Below are positions 41,950 through 54,662 of a stretch of 64,000 bases of DNA, piece by piece. Position 1 is the first letter of the stretch, and every line of letters begins with the position of its first letter. The notes beneath the pieces are model-generated. The model saw only the letters and a program-made list of their open reading frames with translations. It was not told the DNA's origin and did no database searches. A program made the translations under genes and the position numbers. The DNA is from Gammaproteobacteria bacterium (GTDB lineage: Bacteria > Pseudomonadota > Gammaproteobacteria > Eutrophobiales > Eutrophobiaceae). The stretch lies in assembly GCA_965222155.1 (NCBI GenBank), contig CBDCTH010000012.1:2976001-3040000 (forward strand), given 5' to 3'.

Positions 41950-43401
41950 TTGAAAGAAAAACAGTTTCCGATGATAGCAAGTGAATTTCCGAGCACTATG
42001 GGCGGCATCATGAGATGTGCTAAAACTTTTTTATACTGGTCCGGATTGATTGTCGCGCTGGTGATCGCGCCGTCAATCCATGCCGAGGTATTTGAATATA
42101 ACCTTGAAAATGGCCTGAAACTGTTGGTAAAAGAGGACCGGCGGGCGCCGGTTGCGGTGTCCCAGATCTGGTATCGGGTCGGTTCAAGCTATGAACATGA
42201 CGGCATCACCGGAATCTCCCACGTGCTGGAACACATGATGTTTCAGGGAACGGAAAAATATCCAGACGGGGAGTTCTCAAGGATCATTGCAGAAAACGGC
42301 GGCAACGAAAACGCATTTACCGGCAAGGATTACACAGCGTACTTTCAGATGCTGGAAAAGTCCCGACTGGAAGTCAGCCTCAGACTGGAAGCGGACCGGA
42401 TGCGAAATCTGGTGTTGTCGGAGGAAGAATTCAAAAAAGAAATCGAGGTGGTAAAGGAGGAGAGGCGACTGCGTACCGAAGACAATCCGGTCGCATACCT
42501 GTATGAAACCGCGCTTGCCACGGCGTTTCAAACCGCGCCCTATCGCCATCCGGTGATAGGCTGGATGGCCGACCTGGACGCGCTGCGGACTGATGATCTG
42601 AATGTGTGGTATGAGCGCTGGTATGCCCCGAACAATGCCACCCTGGTCGTGGCGGGTGACGTCGAACACGATGTGGTTCACAAGCTTGCGCAGAAACATT
42701 TTGGCCCGCTTGAGGCAGGCACACTTGCTACGGCAGGGGGGCCGCCGGAAGTAGCCCAGCAAGGTCTGAAACGCGTTACGGTAAAGCGTCCTGCAGAATT
42801 GCCGCACCTGCTCATGGCGTATAAAACCCCGGTTTTGAGAACAGCAGCCGTAGCCCCCGCGTCCTGGGAACCGTATGCGCTGGAAGTCCTGGCCGGCGTT
42901 TTGGACGGCGGTAACAGCGCAAGGCTGGAAACCCGCCTGATCCGCGCTCAGGAAGTGGCTGCCAGCGTCGGCGTTTCCTATGACATGGCCGGCCGACTCG
43001 ACGGTCTGTTCATCATCCAGGCGGTACCTGCCCGGGGTCGGACTGCCGATGAGGTGGAGCAGGCTGTAAGGGAACAACTGGAAGATTTAAAAAAGGGAGA
43101 AATCAGTGAGTCGGAACTGGCGCGGGTGAAGGCGCAGGTCGTATCGAGCGACGTCTACGAGCGCGACTCAATGTTTTATCAAGCCATGACCCTGGGCGCG
43201 TTTGAGACGGTGGGGTTGCCTTGGCGTCTGGTAGATGAGTACGTGGCGCAAATTCAGGCGATCAGCGTCGAACAGGTGAAACACGTAGCCGATAAATATT
43301 TCCGGGATGATGGCTTGACGATAGCGGTACTCGAGCCACAACCCATAGAAGCGATACAGGGTCCGCAACCGCAGGCAAGTGATGATCAGCGTGCGGGTTG
43401 A
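41950..43401 (+). CDS. M16 family zinc peptidase, catalytic subunit (start probably further downstream)
   Basis: HVLEH inverted zinc motif, ENAFT, EERR, WYAPNNA. Confidence 0.9.
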   Translation: MKEKQFPMIASEFPSTMGGIMRCAKTFLYWSGLIVALVIAPSIHAEVFEYNLENGLKLLVKEDRRAPVAVSQIWYRVGSSYEHDGITGISHVLEHMMFQGTEKYPDGEFSRIIAENGGNENAFTGKDYTAYFQMLEKSRLEVSLRLEADRMRNLVLSEEEFKKEIEVVKEERRLRTEDNPVAYLYETALATAFQTAPYRHPVIGWMADLDALRTDDLNVWYERWYAPNNATLVVAGDVEHDVVHKLAQKHFGPLEAGTLATAGGPPEVAQQGLKRVTVKRPAELPHLLMAYKTPVLRTAAVAPASWEPYALEVLAGVLDGGNSARLETRLIRAQEVAASVGVSYDMAGRLDGLFIIQAVPARGRTADEVEQAVREQLEDLKKGEISESELARVKAQVVSSDVYERDSMFYQAMTLGAFETVGLPWRLVDEYVAQIQAISVEQVKHVADKYFRDDGLTIAVLEPQPIEAIQGPQPQASDDQRAG

Positions 43402-43483
43402 TGCATATATGACGATGGTGGATGTGATGAGAACAGCGTGCTCGTTTCGTCGGCAGAGCGTCAAATACCAATGTAAAGAGACA

Positions 43484-44809
43484 ATGCAGTATCTGTTGAA
43501 CGGCCTGTCGGCACTGTTGCTGTTTGGCGCGCAAAGCGCCTGGTCAACCCCGATTGTAATGGACTGGCAGACCGAAGCGGGTAGCCGGGTCTTCTTTGTT
43601 GAATCCCATGAGTTACCCATGGTCGATATCCGCCTGCTGTTCGATGCGGGCACGGTGCGGGAACCTGCCGGCAAGAACGGTCTGGCAGTACTGGTAAACA
43701 GTTTGCTTGATGAAGGCGCCGGCGAGCTGGATGCCACCGCTGTCAGCTTCGAATTCGAGCGGTTGGGAGCGCTGTACAGCGCCACTTCGGGCTATGATTA
43801 TGCATCCGTAAGCTTGCGCTCATTGTCAGACCCGACATTACTGGAAGTTGCCCTGGTTAATTTACGCCGGGTAATCACTGGCCCGACATTTCCCGGGAAG
43901 GCGGTCGAAAGACAGAAACAACGATTGCAACTCGGTATCCAGCGCAAACAGCAAGTACCGGGAGAGATTGCCCAGGATGCATACCTGGCTGCAATATACC
44001 AGGATCATCCTTATGCGCTTCCCGGTGACGGGACGCTGGAGAGCGTTGCGTCACTGAGCCGACAGGATATTGTGGACTTCCATCGAGAGTTTTACGGCGC
44101 GCGCAATGCCCGGCTGGTGATTGTTGGGGACGTGAACAAACAACAGGCAGCGGCACTGGCTGAGGATTTGACCAGTGAATTGTCGGAAGGACGGGTACTG
44201 GAACCGCTGCCGCCTGTGGCGCAATTGAAGCAGGATCGGGAGATACGTATCGAGCATCCATCATCACAGGTACATATTCTGCTCGGCCAACCGGGCCTCA
44301 AGCGCGGCGATCCTGATTATTTCCCGCTATACGTGGGCAACCATATACTGGGTGGCGGCGGCTTTGTTTCGCGACTGTATGAAGAAGTCCGGGAAAAGCG
44401 CGGCCTGTCATACAGCGCGTACAGTTATTTTTCCCCACGACGCGAGTTGGGGCCGTTCACCGCGAGTTTGCAAACCCGGGGCGACCAGCAGCAACAGGCG
44501 CAACAGGTGATGCGGGAAACCATCCGCGCATTTATCGACCGGGGACCCACGCCTGAAGAGCTGGACGCGGCGCAAAAAAACATCAGCGGCGGGTTTCCCC
44601 TGCGGCTGGACAGCAACAGTAAAATACTCGGTTATATTGCCATGATTGGTTTTTATGATCTGCCCCTGAATTACCTGGATACGTTTATCGATAAAGTGAA
44701 CGCGGTGACTATTGAACAAATCAGGGACGCGTTCAAACGCCGCCTGCACCCGGAGCGATTCGTTACCGTCCTGGTCGGGCCGACCGGATCCGCGGCCGAA
44801 GAAAACTGA
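43484..44809 (+). CDS. M16 family peptidase, non-catalytic partner subunit
   Basis: Signal peptide, ELPMVD, ILGGGGFVSRL, VREKRGLSY; no HxxEH motif. Confidence 0.88.
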   Translation: MQYLLNGLSALLLFGAQSAWSTPIVMDWQTEAGSRVFFVESHELPMVDIRLLFDAGTVREPAGKNGLAVLVNSLLDEGAGELDATAVSFEFERLGALYSATSGYDYASVSLRSLSDPTLLEVALVNLRRVITGPTFPGKAVERQKQRLQLGIQRKQQVPGEIAQDAYLAAIYQDHPYALPGDGTLESVASLSRQDIVDFHREFYGARNARLVIVGDVNKQQAAALAEDLTSELSEGRVLEPLPPVAQLKQDREIRIEHPSSQVHILLGQPGLKRGDPDYFPLYVGNHILGGGGFVSRLYEEVREKRGLSYSAYSYFSPRRELGPFTASLQTRGDQQQQAQQVMRETIRAFIDRGPTPEELDAAQKNISGGFPLRLDSNSKILGYIAMIGFYDLPLNYLDTFIDKVNAVTIEQIRDAFKRRLHPERFVTVLVGPTGSAAEEN

Positions 44810-44864
44810 AACCCAAACTGCTCATCCCGCGCCGGAGGCAATAAAACAGACGAGTTGATGAGTT

Positions 44865-45428
44865 ATGCGGGCCGGAGGAAAAATCAGGATTATAGGCGGG
44901 GAGTGGCGCGGCCGCAGGTTGACGGTAGCGGACCAGCCTGGTCTGCGTCCGACCCCTGACCGGATCAGGGAAACCTTATTCAACTGGCTGGCGCCGGTTG
45001 TTCCCGCGGCGCGCTGCCTTGACCTGTTTGCCGGAACCGGGGCGCTGGGGTTTGAAGCCCTGTCCCGCGGCGCCCGTTGCGCGGTCATGGTGGAACAAAA
45101 TAAGCAACTGGCGCAACAACTGGAACAAACCAAAGCTGTCCTGGCTCCCGAGCGTGCGGAAATCATCCATTCGGAAGCCATCACCTGGCTGGCAAACAGG
45201 CATGAGCCGTTTGACATCGTCTTTCTTGATCCGCCGTTCCACCAGGAGTATGTGAAAAAAGCTTGTACCCTGCTGATAAACAAGGGACACTTGGCGCCTG
45301 CCGCGTACGTCTATACGGAATCCGAGCAGGACTTCCTATCCCCGGCTCTGGGTTTGATAGCCTTAAGGCAGGCGCGTGCAGGACAGGTTGAATACAGACT
45401 GTATCAATACAATGTTGGAGAGATCTAA
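44865..45428 (+). CDS. rsmD: 16S rRNA m2G966 methyltransferase
   Basis: IRIIGGEWRGR, LRPT.DRIRETLFNWL, DLFAGTG, DPPF. Confidence 0.94.
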   Translation: MRAGGKIRIIGGEWRGRRLTVADQPGLRPTPDRIRETLFNWLAPVVPAARCLDLFAGTGALGFEALSRGARCAVMVEQNKQLAQQLEQTKAVLAPERAEIIHSEAITWLANRHEPFDIVFLDPPFHQEYVKKACTLLINKGHLAPAAYVYTESEQDFLSPALGLIALRQARAGQVEYRLYQYNVGEI

Positions 45429-45911
45429 ATGAAATCAACGGCAATATATCCGGGCACGTTTGATCCGATCACCAATGGTCATACGGACATCGCTGAACGG
45501 GCCGCCCGAATGTTTGATCTGGTTATCGTTGCAATCGCCGGGAGTACCGGCAAATCCCCCACGTTTTCAACCGCGCAACGTGTTGTCCTGGCCCGGGAAG
45601 CGCTGGCGGGTATCAGTAATGTGGAGGTGGCAAGTTTTACCGGCCTCATGACGGATTATGCCAAACAGCGCGGGGCGCGGGTTATCGTGCGCGGGTTGCG
45701 GGCCGTGTCGGATTTTGAGTACGAGTTTCAAATGGCGAGTATGAACCGGCAGTTATATGGTGAGGCAGAAACCGTATTCTTAACGCCGGCTGAACACCTG
45801 AGCTATATCTCATCCAGCCTGGTGCGGGAAATCGCCACACTGGGTGGTGACGTCACCCGGTTTGTTCACAGCGCGGTCAACGCCGCATTACACGAAAAAA
45901 TGTCAGGCTGA
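45429..45911 (+). CDS. coaD: Phosphopantetheine adenylyltransferase
   Basis: [34 protein letters not shown]. Confidence 0.96.
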   Translation: MKSTAIYPGTFDPITNGHTDIAERAARMFDLVIVAIAGSTGKSPTFSTAQRVVLAREALAGISNVEVASFTGLMTDYAKQRGARVIVRGLRAVSDFEYEFQMASMNRQLYGEAETVFLTPAEHLSYISSSLVREIATLGGDVTRFVHSAVNAALHEKMSG

Positions 45912-45926
45912 TAAACGGGAGCAACC

Positions 45927-47654
45927 ATGACGCGCAAGATAACAGCCTTGACTTACCCGGACAAGCGGCGCCGGAAAACTGCGCCCGGACCAATATTCGT
46001 ACTGGTCGCAGGCCTGATTTTCAACACGGCGGCTTGTCAGGCAGATTTCGCGCCGGCCCATGCCGTCGCCAGCGCCCATCCGCTGGCGACCGCGGCCGGT
46101 GTTGAAATTTTGCGGGAAGGGGGGAATGCATTTGACGCCGCTATTGCGGTCAGTGCCGCTTTGGGTGTGGTTGAGCCATACAGTTCCGGTTTCGGTGGCG
46201 GTGGCTTCTGGTTGATACACCGCGCCAGCGACGGCAAACAGGTGATGATCGACGGCCGGGAAACCGCGCCGGCCCTGGCGCACGAGCGCATGTACCGTGA
46301 CCGGCAGGATAAGGTGATCAAGGGTGCCTCGTTGAACGGGCCCCTGGCCGCAGGGATTCCGGGTACGCCGGCGGCGTTGGTTCATATTGCCGAACATTAC
46401 GGCAAGCTGCCGTTAAGCAAATCACTGGCGCCGGCAAAACGCTATGCCGAACAGGGCTTCAAGGTGACCTCGCGTTACCATCGGCTGATTGCTTACCGCG
46501 CTGAGACGTTGCGGCAATATCCTGCCGCTGCCGAAATATTTCTGCAGGATGGCAAGCCGCCGCGCATCGGTTACCTGATCCGGCAAGCGACGCTGGCCGG
46601 AACCATTGACGCCATCGCTGAAAACGGCCTGGACGGTTTCTACCGCGGCCCCATTGCAGAACAGATGGTGCTGGAAGCGCGTAAACACGGGGGCATCTGG
46701 AGCCTTAAGGATCTGGCAGCGTATCGTGTGATAGAACGAGAACCGATAGTCACCCACTACCATAACGCGCGCATCGTTTCCGCTCCGCCACCTTCTTCGG
46801 GAGGTATTGTCATGGCCCAGGCCCTGCAGATTCTTGCGTCATTTGATTTGGACAACATGAGCATCGTGCAGCGCAAGCATCATGTTATCGAAGCAATGCG
46901 GCGCGCGTTCCGCGACCGGGCCGTGTTCCTGGGCGATCCGGACTTTGTTGATGTCCAGGTAGAACGCCTGCTGGACAAGTCTTACCTGGAGGGGTTGGCG
47001 CTGACGATAGATGAGTCAAAAGCCACCCCCAGCGCCATCATCGGTGACGGACCCGCCCTACTGCAAACAGGAACCCAGACCACGCATTTTTCCGTCATGG
47101 ACAAGGAAGGAAATCGCGTTGCGGGAACGTTGAGCGTTAATACATTATTCGGCTCGTGCTTTGTGGCAGCGGGTACCGGCATACTTTTCAATAATGAGAT
47201 GGATGATTTTTCCATCAAGCCCGATACCCCGAATGCCTACGGACTGATTGGTGATGAAGCCAATGCAGTTGCGCCGGGTAAACGTCCACTGTCAAGCATG
47301 ACCCCCACTTTCCTGGAAACACCGGATCGGGTGGGTATTATAGGCACGCCAGGCGGGAGCCGCATCATCAGCATGGTATTGTTGGCAGCACTGGACTTTG
47401 TAGACGGTCAGTTGCCTCAATCCTGGGTCGGGCTGCGACGCTACCACCACCAGTACCAGCCGGACCAGGTCCAGTTCGAACTGCATGGTCTGACTGAATT
47501 TGAACAGCAACGGCTCATCGGGCTGGGCCATGAATTGAAGGAGATCTCGCGCCGCTACGGCAATATGCAAGCCGTTTTATGGGATAAAAAGGAAAACAGG
47601 CTACACGTCGCCAGTGACCCCAGAGGCGAGGGCCTGGCCGTGATTGTCGAATAA
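45927..47654 (+). CDS. ggt: Gamma-glutamyltransferase
   Basis: GGNAFDAA, PPPSSGG, TTHFS nucleophile, NNEMDDF, RPLSSMTP, GTPGG. Confidence 0.94.
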   Translation: MTRKITALTYPDKRRRKTAPGPIFVLVAGLIFNTAACQADFAPAHAVASAHPLATAAGVEILREGGNAFDAAIAVSAALGVVEPYSSGFGGGGFWLIHRASDGKQVMIDGRETAPALAHERMYRDRQDKVIKGASLNGPLAAGIPGTPAALVHIAEHYGKLPLSKSLAPAKRYAEQGFKVTSRYHRLIAYRAETLRQYPAAAEIFLQDGKPPRIGYLIRQATLAGTIDAIAENGLDGFYRGPIAEQMVLEARKHGGIWSLKDLAAYRVIEREPIVTHYHNARIVSAPPPSSGGIVMAQALQILASFDLDNMSIVQRKHHVIEAMRRAFRDRAVFLGDPDFVDVQVERLLDKSYLEGLALTIDESKATPSAIIGDGPALLQTGTQTTHFSVMDKEGNRVAGTLSVNTLFGSCFVAAGTGILFNNEMDDFSIKPDTPNAYGLIGDEANAVAPGKRPLSSMTPTFLETPDRVGIIGTPGGSRIISMVLLAALDFVDGQLPQSWVGLRRYHHQYQPDQVQFELHGLTEFEQQRLIGLGHELKEISRRYGNMQAVLWDKKENRLHVASDPRGEGLAVIVE

Positions 47655-47716
47655 CGAATCCGGCAACTCCCTGTAGCTGCCGAAATAAGGGGAATCCTGT
47701 TGCCGCCTCGTACCGT

Positions 47717-48532
47717 TCAACGCTGACAACGCCGGCAGTAATAGGTCGAACGCTGGCTCTGGCGGATCTGCCTGATACTCGACTGGCAGGTTTTGCAGGG
47801 TTCCCCGGCGCGATCATAGACGTCAAGGTCCAACTTGAAGTAGCCGGGCGCGCCATCTCCGCCGACAAAATCCCGTAACGTGGTCCCCCCTTTTGCCAGC
47901 GCCGCGTTCAGTACGTTCCTGATGGACCCGGTCAGTTCAGCGTAGCGCGCCAGGGAAATATTTCCTGCCTTGCGCAATGGATGGATGCCGCTTTTGAACA
48001 ATGCCTCATTGGCATAGATATTACCCATGCCGACGACGCTGCGGCTGTCCATGATGAACGTCTTGATGGATTGCGTCCTGTGTCGGGAAAGCGTATACAA
48101 ATACGCGGCAGTGAATGCCGGCCCCAGAGGTTCCGGACCCAGATGGCGCAACAAGTGGTGTTCCAGCGGGTCCCGGCCGGTCCAGTGGATGGAACCGAAA
48201 CGCCGGGGGTCGCGGAAGCGCAGGCAGGTATCATCGCGGAACAAAACATCAACGTGGTCATGCTTGTCTGCCGGGATTGCCGGATGCAGGATACGGAGGC
48301 TGCCGGACATGCCCAGGTGCAGGATGACGCAACCGTGTTCCAGATAAAAAATCAGGTACTTCGCCCGCCGCCCTACCTGTGTGATGCGTCGCCCGCTCAG
48401 TTCGCTTCCCAGTGATGCCGGAACCGGCCAACGCAGCTGATGTTGCCGAATTACAACATCCCGAATCGGTTTGTTGATGATGTGTGGGGAGATTCCGCGC
48501 CGCGTCGTCTCAACCTCGGGCAATTCCGGCAT
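47717..48532 (-). CDS. mutM: Formamidopyrimidine-DNA glycosylase
   Basis: MPELPEVE, HLGMSG, GNIYANE, C-terminal zinc finger. Confidence 0.96.
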   Translation of the reverse strand: MPELPEVETTRRGISPHIINKPIRDVVIRQHQLRWPVPASLGSELSGRRITQVGRRAKYLIFYLEHGCVILHLGMSGSLRILHPAIPADKHDHVDVLFRDDTCLRFRDPRRFGSIHWTGRDPLEHHLLRHLGPEPLGPAFTAAYLYTLSRHRTQSIKTFIMDSRSVVGMGNIYANEALFKSGIHPLRKAGNISLARYAELTGSIRNVLNAALAKGGTTLRDFVGGDGAPGYFKLDLDVYDRAGEPCKTCQSSIRQIRQSQRSTYYCRRCQR

Positions 48533-48639
48533 AATTATAAAAAATCTTCATAGGTTTGACAGACAAAATCATGTTCGGGCAGTAGCGAATCCCTGGAAAA
48601 TCTGGTATAACAGGCAACTCTTTCTGCTGTCCTCACGAT

Positions 48640-51309
<2,670 letters not shown>

Positions 51310-51408
51310 GATATTTGGGGTGATATTTGGGGTCAGAGTAAAAATACTCAACAACAAGTCACTACCACTTGCCAAACTGACTGTATTTTTACTCTGACCC
51401 CAAATATC
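51310..51408. repeat. REP/REPIN-like inverted repeat between convergent genes; possible bidirectional terminator
   Basis: 26-bp perfect arms GATATTTGGGGTCAGAGTAAAAATAC (51322-51347 / 51383-51408), 35-bp spacer, tandem extra GATATTTGGGGT at 51310. Confidence 0.85.
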
Positions 51409-51422
51409 CTAAAAGTCCTGCT

Positions 51423-52199
51423 TCATGATCTGCTGCGACGGGTAAAAACCGGCCTGTCGGTGCCTGACAGGGCCTCGTTATAGCGGTAATCCTCCAGGTC
51501 AAAGCCCTTGATATCCTCCGGATCAACCAGCCGCTTGCGGATGATATAGCGGCTCATCAATCCACGCGCCTTTTTGGCAAAAAACGTGATCATCTTGAAC
51601 GCTCCATTCCTTTCCTCCTTGAATACCGGAGTAATGATACGGGCTTGCAGTTTGTCCGCCTTGACGGATTTGAAGTATTCGTTTGACGCCAGGTTTACGA
51701 GCACAGGGCTTTCCTGGTTGCCCAACTCCATGTTGATGGCCGCATTAATCCGGTCATGCCAGAAGGCATACAGGTCCTTTCCACGGCGGTTCTCCAGTTT
51801 TGTCCCCATTTCCAGTCGGTAGGGCTGCATGAGGTCGAGCGGTTTCAGTACGCCGTAGAGACCGGAGAGGATACGCAGGTGTTCCTGGGCATACTGCAAA
51901 TCATCCGGGCTCAGGTTATCCGCGTCGAGCCCGGTGTATACGTCACCCTTGAACGCCAGGACCGATTGTTTGGCATTGCTGTTGGTAAACGACAGGGACC
52001 AGGCGTGGTAGCGATTCGAGTTCAGTTGCGCCAGCTTCGGGCTGATGCCCATCAACTCACCCAGTTTATAGGGTTCAAATTCACGCAGGTTATCAATCAG
52101 TTCTGCCGAATCATCCAGAAAATCCGGGATGGTGAAGGACGCAACCTTGGGCGGCGTCTCAAAATCCAGCGTCTTCGCAGGGGAGATGACAATCAGCAT
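51423..52199 (-). CDS. yaaA: Peroxide stress protein YaaA
   Basis: ISPAKTLD, FKGDVY, ILSGLYG, PYRLEMGT, NLASNEY, AKKARG. Confidence 0.94.
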   Translation of the reverse strand: MLIVISPAKTLDFETPPKVASFTIPDFLDDSAELIDNLREFEPYKLGELMGISPKLAQLNSNRYHAWSLSFTNSNAKQSVLAFKGDVYTGLDADNLSPDDLQYAQEHLRILSGLYGVLKPLDLMQPYRLEMGTKLENRRGKDLYAFWHDRINAAINMELGNQESPVLVNLASNEYFKSVKADKLQARIITPVFKEERNGAFKMITFFAKKARGLMSRYIIRKRLVDPEDIKGFDLEDYRYNEALSGTDRPVFTRRSRS

Positions 52200-52222
52200 G
52201 ATGCCAGGTTCGTACCCGGAAA

Positions 52223-52390
52223 TTACTTGATCTTGCCTTCCTTGTAGATCACGTGCTTGCGTACGACGGGGTCGAATTTCATGATTTCCATTTTATCCGG
52301 GGTGTTCCGTTTGTTTTTTGTGGTGGTGTAAAAATGTCCGGTGCCGGCAGATGAAACCAGACGAATTTTATCGCGTGCGCTGTTAGCCAT
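52223..52390 (-). CDS. rpmG: 50S ribosomal protein L33
   Basis: Manual translation [55 protein letters not shown]. Confidence 0.96.
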   Translation of the reverse strand: MANSARDKIRLVSSAGTGHFYTTTKNKRNTPDKMEIMKFDPVVRKHVIYKEGKIK

Positions 52391-52399
52391 GGTTTTCTC

Positions 52400-52636
52400 C
52401 TATACCCTGATGCCGCGGGCACGTACGTCAGTCAGCACCTGGTCTATACCCAGTTTGTCAATAGTGCGCAGCCCCTTGGTGCTGACCCGCAGCTTTACCC
52501 AGCGGTTTTCACTTTCCACCCAGAACTTGCGCTCATGCAGGTTGGGCAGGAAGCGCCGCTTGGATTTATTATTGGCGTGGGAAACGTTGTTCCCCGACAT
52601 GGGTTTTTTTCCGGTTACCTGACAGACCCGTGACAT
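52400..52636 (-). CDS. rpmB: 50S ribosomal protein L28
   Basis: [24 protein letters not shown]. Confidence 0.97.
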   Translation of the reverse strand: MSRVCQVTGKKPMSGNNVSHANNKSKRRFLPNLHERKFWVESENRWVKLRVSTKGLRTIDKLGIDQVLTDVRARGIRV

Positions 52637-52702
52637 TGTAACGCGCTCTTAACTGAACAAAGGAAGGCGGATTATATACTGATCCGGTATTAGTAGCAAC
52701 AC

Positions 52703-52745
52703 TCTTCAATTTACTCTGTTGTCTTCAATTTACTCTTCAATTTAC
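52703..52745. repeat. Three copies of TCTTCAATTTAC at the islet boundary
   Basis: Copies at 52703-52714, 52722-52733 and 52734-52745. Confidence 0.8.
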
Positions 52746-52750
52746 GCAAC

Positions 52751-52936
52751 GTGCCGCTGCCAGAAGTTGGAAAACGTTGTCACGAGTTGAGGATTAATGA
52801 CAAAAATCTAAGCTGGAGAATCATCTATCGAATTGATTCAGATGCAATTGTGCTACTTGAAGTCTTTGAAAAGAAAACAGGTAAAACGCCAATACATATT
52901 ATTGATGTATGTAGAAAACGAATAAACAGTATATGA
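52751..52936 (+). pseudogene. 5'-truncated RelE/ParE-superfamily (HigB/Gp49-like) toxin
   Basis: CHELRIND, WRIIYRIDSDAIVLLEVFEKKTGKTP is the C-terminal half only; overlaps the start of the antitoxin. Confidence 0.75.
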
Positions 52937-53256
52937 CGATGAAACCAGATAAACAGAAAAAACTCGAAAAGGTGGGATGGAAGATGGGTTCGGCTGACGA
53001 ATTTTTGGCCCTTTCACCGGAAGAATCAACTTTTATTGAAATGGAACTGGCATTATGTGACTCGGTCAAATCAAGGCGGCTCAAAAAACGCCTCAGCCAA
53101 ACTGAATTTGCACGGCTAATTTCGTCCAGTCAATCACGCGTGACCAAAATTGAAGCTGGTGCTCCATCCGTGTCCTTCGATCTGGTGATGAAATCTCTAC
53201 TGCGGCTTGGCGCTACAAAAAGAGAGGTGGCAAAGCTTATTGCCGCAGACAAATAA
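52933..53256 (+). CDS. XRE-family HTH antitoxin (HigA-like)
   Basis: GWKMGSADEFL, LSQTEFARLISSSQSRVTKIEAG helix-turn-helix. Confidence 0.82.
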   Translation: MTMKPDKQKKLEKVGWKMGSADEFLALSPEESTFIEMELALCDSVKSRRLKKRLSQTEFARLISSSQSRVTKIEAGAPSVSFDLVMKSLLRLGATKREVAKLIAADK

Positions 53257-53474
53257 AACCGCTTGTGTGCGTATTTCACGGCGAAGCTGTCACCCCTGAC
53301 GGGGTAAAAATCCGGACTGTCTGACGCGGATAACCAACGGTATCCTGTGCCCTTCTTTCCGCTGAGAGAAGAAGACTCAAACACCTCCTTGGAATGCGGC
53401 GCTCGCGATTGGTCTCATATCCATCTGGAGTTGAAACGAAAAGTTGTCACCTTGACGGAAGGCGCTGTTGGCAT

Positions 53475-53592
53475 TTAATACGCCTGCTCGTGGTTGCCTA
53501 CGTTGATAAGAATGATCCTGTTGTCTTGCATCTCCAGTTCCAGTGTTATCCGGTAACTCAGATTTATTGATACCGAAGATAAACCCTTCAAA
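53475..53592 (-). pseudogene. C-terminal remnant of a second RelE/YafQ-like toxin
   Basis: Manual translation LKGLSSVSINLSYRITLELEMQDNRIILINVGNHEQAY*; no cognate N-terminus. Confidence 0.65.
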
Positions 53593-53689
53593 GGATTGAA
53601 TAGCGGGATATCATCTCTGTCTTCGCCCCCCCACTTTATGCTCATCAGCTAATGACCAAACCCTATAATAACAGTGCCTAATGGAAGAG

Positions 53690-54241
53690 TTACGTTCCAT
53701 ATACCCTTCTTTCCCCCATCCTTTCCGCCGCGGCCTCAAATGCAAGCACACCATATCTCATGAACTTCAGCAGTATTCCAGTCATAAACAAAAAGGCAAA
53801 GATAAAAATCAATGCCAGTGCCACAGGCGAAGTTTTTGTCAGGTAAGCAATAACGCAATCGTTCACCTCATCCCGAATATTGTCGATTTCTGAGGTGATG
53901 TCATGGGGCAAATCTTTATACGAACGCTCAAGCTCCCGTTTGTATGCCCGTATATTGTTTTGTTCATTGACCATGTCTTCTACCGTTACAGCCACGACAA
54001 ACCGGAGAAAACTGAAGTTATCCAGATAACGGATCATCCCATTGATCACAGAACGATTTATAGCGTAGGCCCGTTTGTCAAATATCTGATGTGCTTCTCC
54101 GATGCAAAACAATTGCCGTCTCAGGCCATAAAGCCTCTCACGGGCTTGTTCCAGTTGGAAGGCGGGATACTCAATCATGATTATCCACAATAGCAACCCT
54201 AATCCGGTCAGACTGTAAAATACGGTAATTATTTCATTCAT
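53690..54241 (-). CDS. Hypothetical membrane protein
   Basis: 183 aa, N- and C-terminal hydrophobic helices, AT-rich, ATGA overlap with the upstream ORF. Confidence 0.7.
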   Translation of the reverse strand: MNEIITVFYSLTGLGLLLWIIMIEYPAFQLEQARERLYGLRRQLFCIGEAHQIFDKRAYAINRSVINGMIRYLDNFSFLRFVVAVTVEDMVNEQNNIRAYKRELERSYKDLPHDITSEIDNIRDEVNDCVIAYLTKTSPVALALIFIFAFLFMTGILLKFMRYGVLAFEAAAERMGERRVYGT

Positions 54242-54639
54242 TGGTCTTCCTCCAGTCGGTTCTCACCTCGTGCATCCATCCGGCTAGACAATCTATTTTG
54301 GTCTGCAGTTCCTGCTTCATTTTTCATATATTTATGGTATCTCTCAACTACATCTTTTCTCAATTTCGATTGGTTACGACCATAAAGAATACCGCAAATA
54401 GCAGCTAATATACATATAACGTTTGCAAAGTATTTATCGGAAAACAGCCCCACAATGAAGTTGGTGTCTGTTATTTCTCCAGCAAGAGAGTCAATTGACA
54501 TATAGCCGAAATAAGCGATAATTGCAACAGTCAAAAACCTGAAAAAATGCGAAGAAATACTGATCAGCAAGTCAGCTTTGGTCTCAATACGCTTGATTTC
54601 AAGTTCAGTATCAGCATGTTTTTTTGGAGTTATACTCAT
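54238..54639 (-). CDS. Hypothetical two-TM membrane protein
   Basis: 133 aa, two hydrophobic segments, AT-rich. Confidence 0.7.
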   Translation of the reverse strand: MSITPKKHADTELEIKRIETKADLLISISSHFFRFLTVAIIAYFGYMSIDSLAGEITDTNFIVGLFSDKYFANVICILAAICGILYGRNQSKLRKDVVERYHKYMKNEAGTADQNRLSSRMDARGENRLEEDQ

Positions 54640-54662
54640 TTCTGGTGTATGGGATGCATAGT

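Noticed and set aside
52703-52745. CRISPR-like array
   Set aside because: Repeats are only 12 bp with 7- and 0-bp spacers and there are no cas genes. No CRISPR array was seen anywhere in the window.
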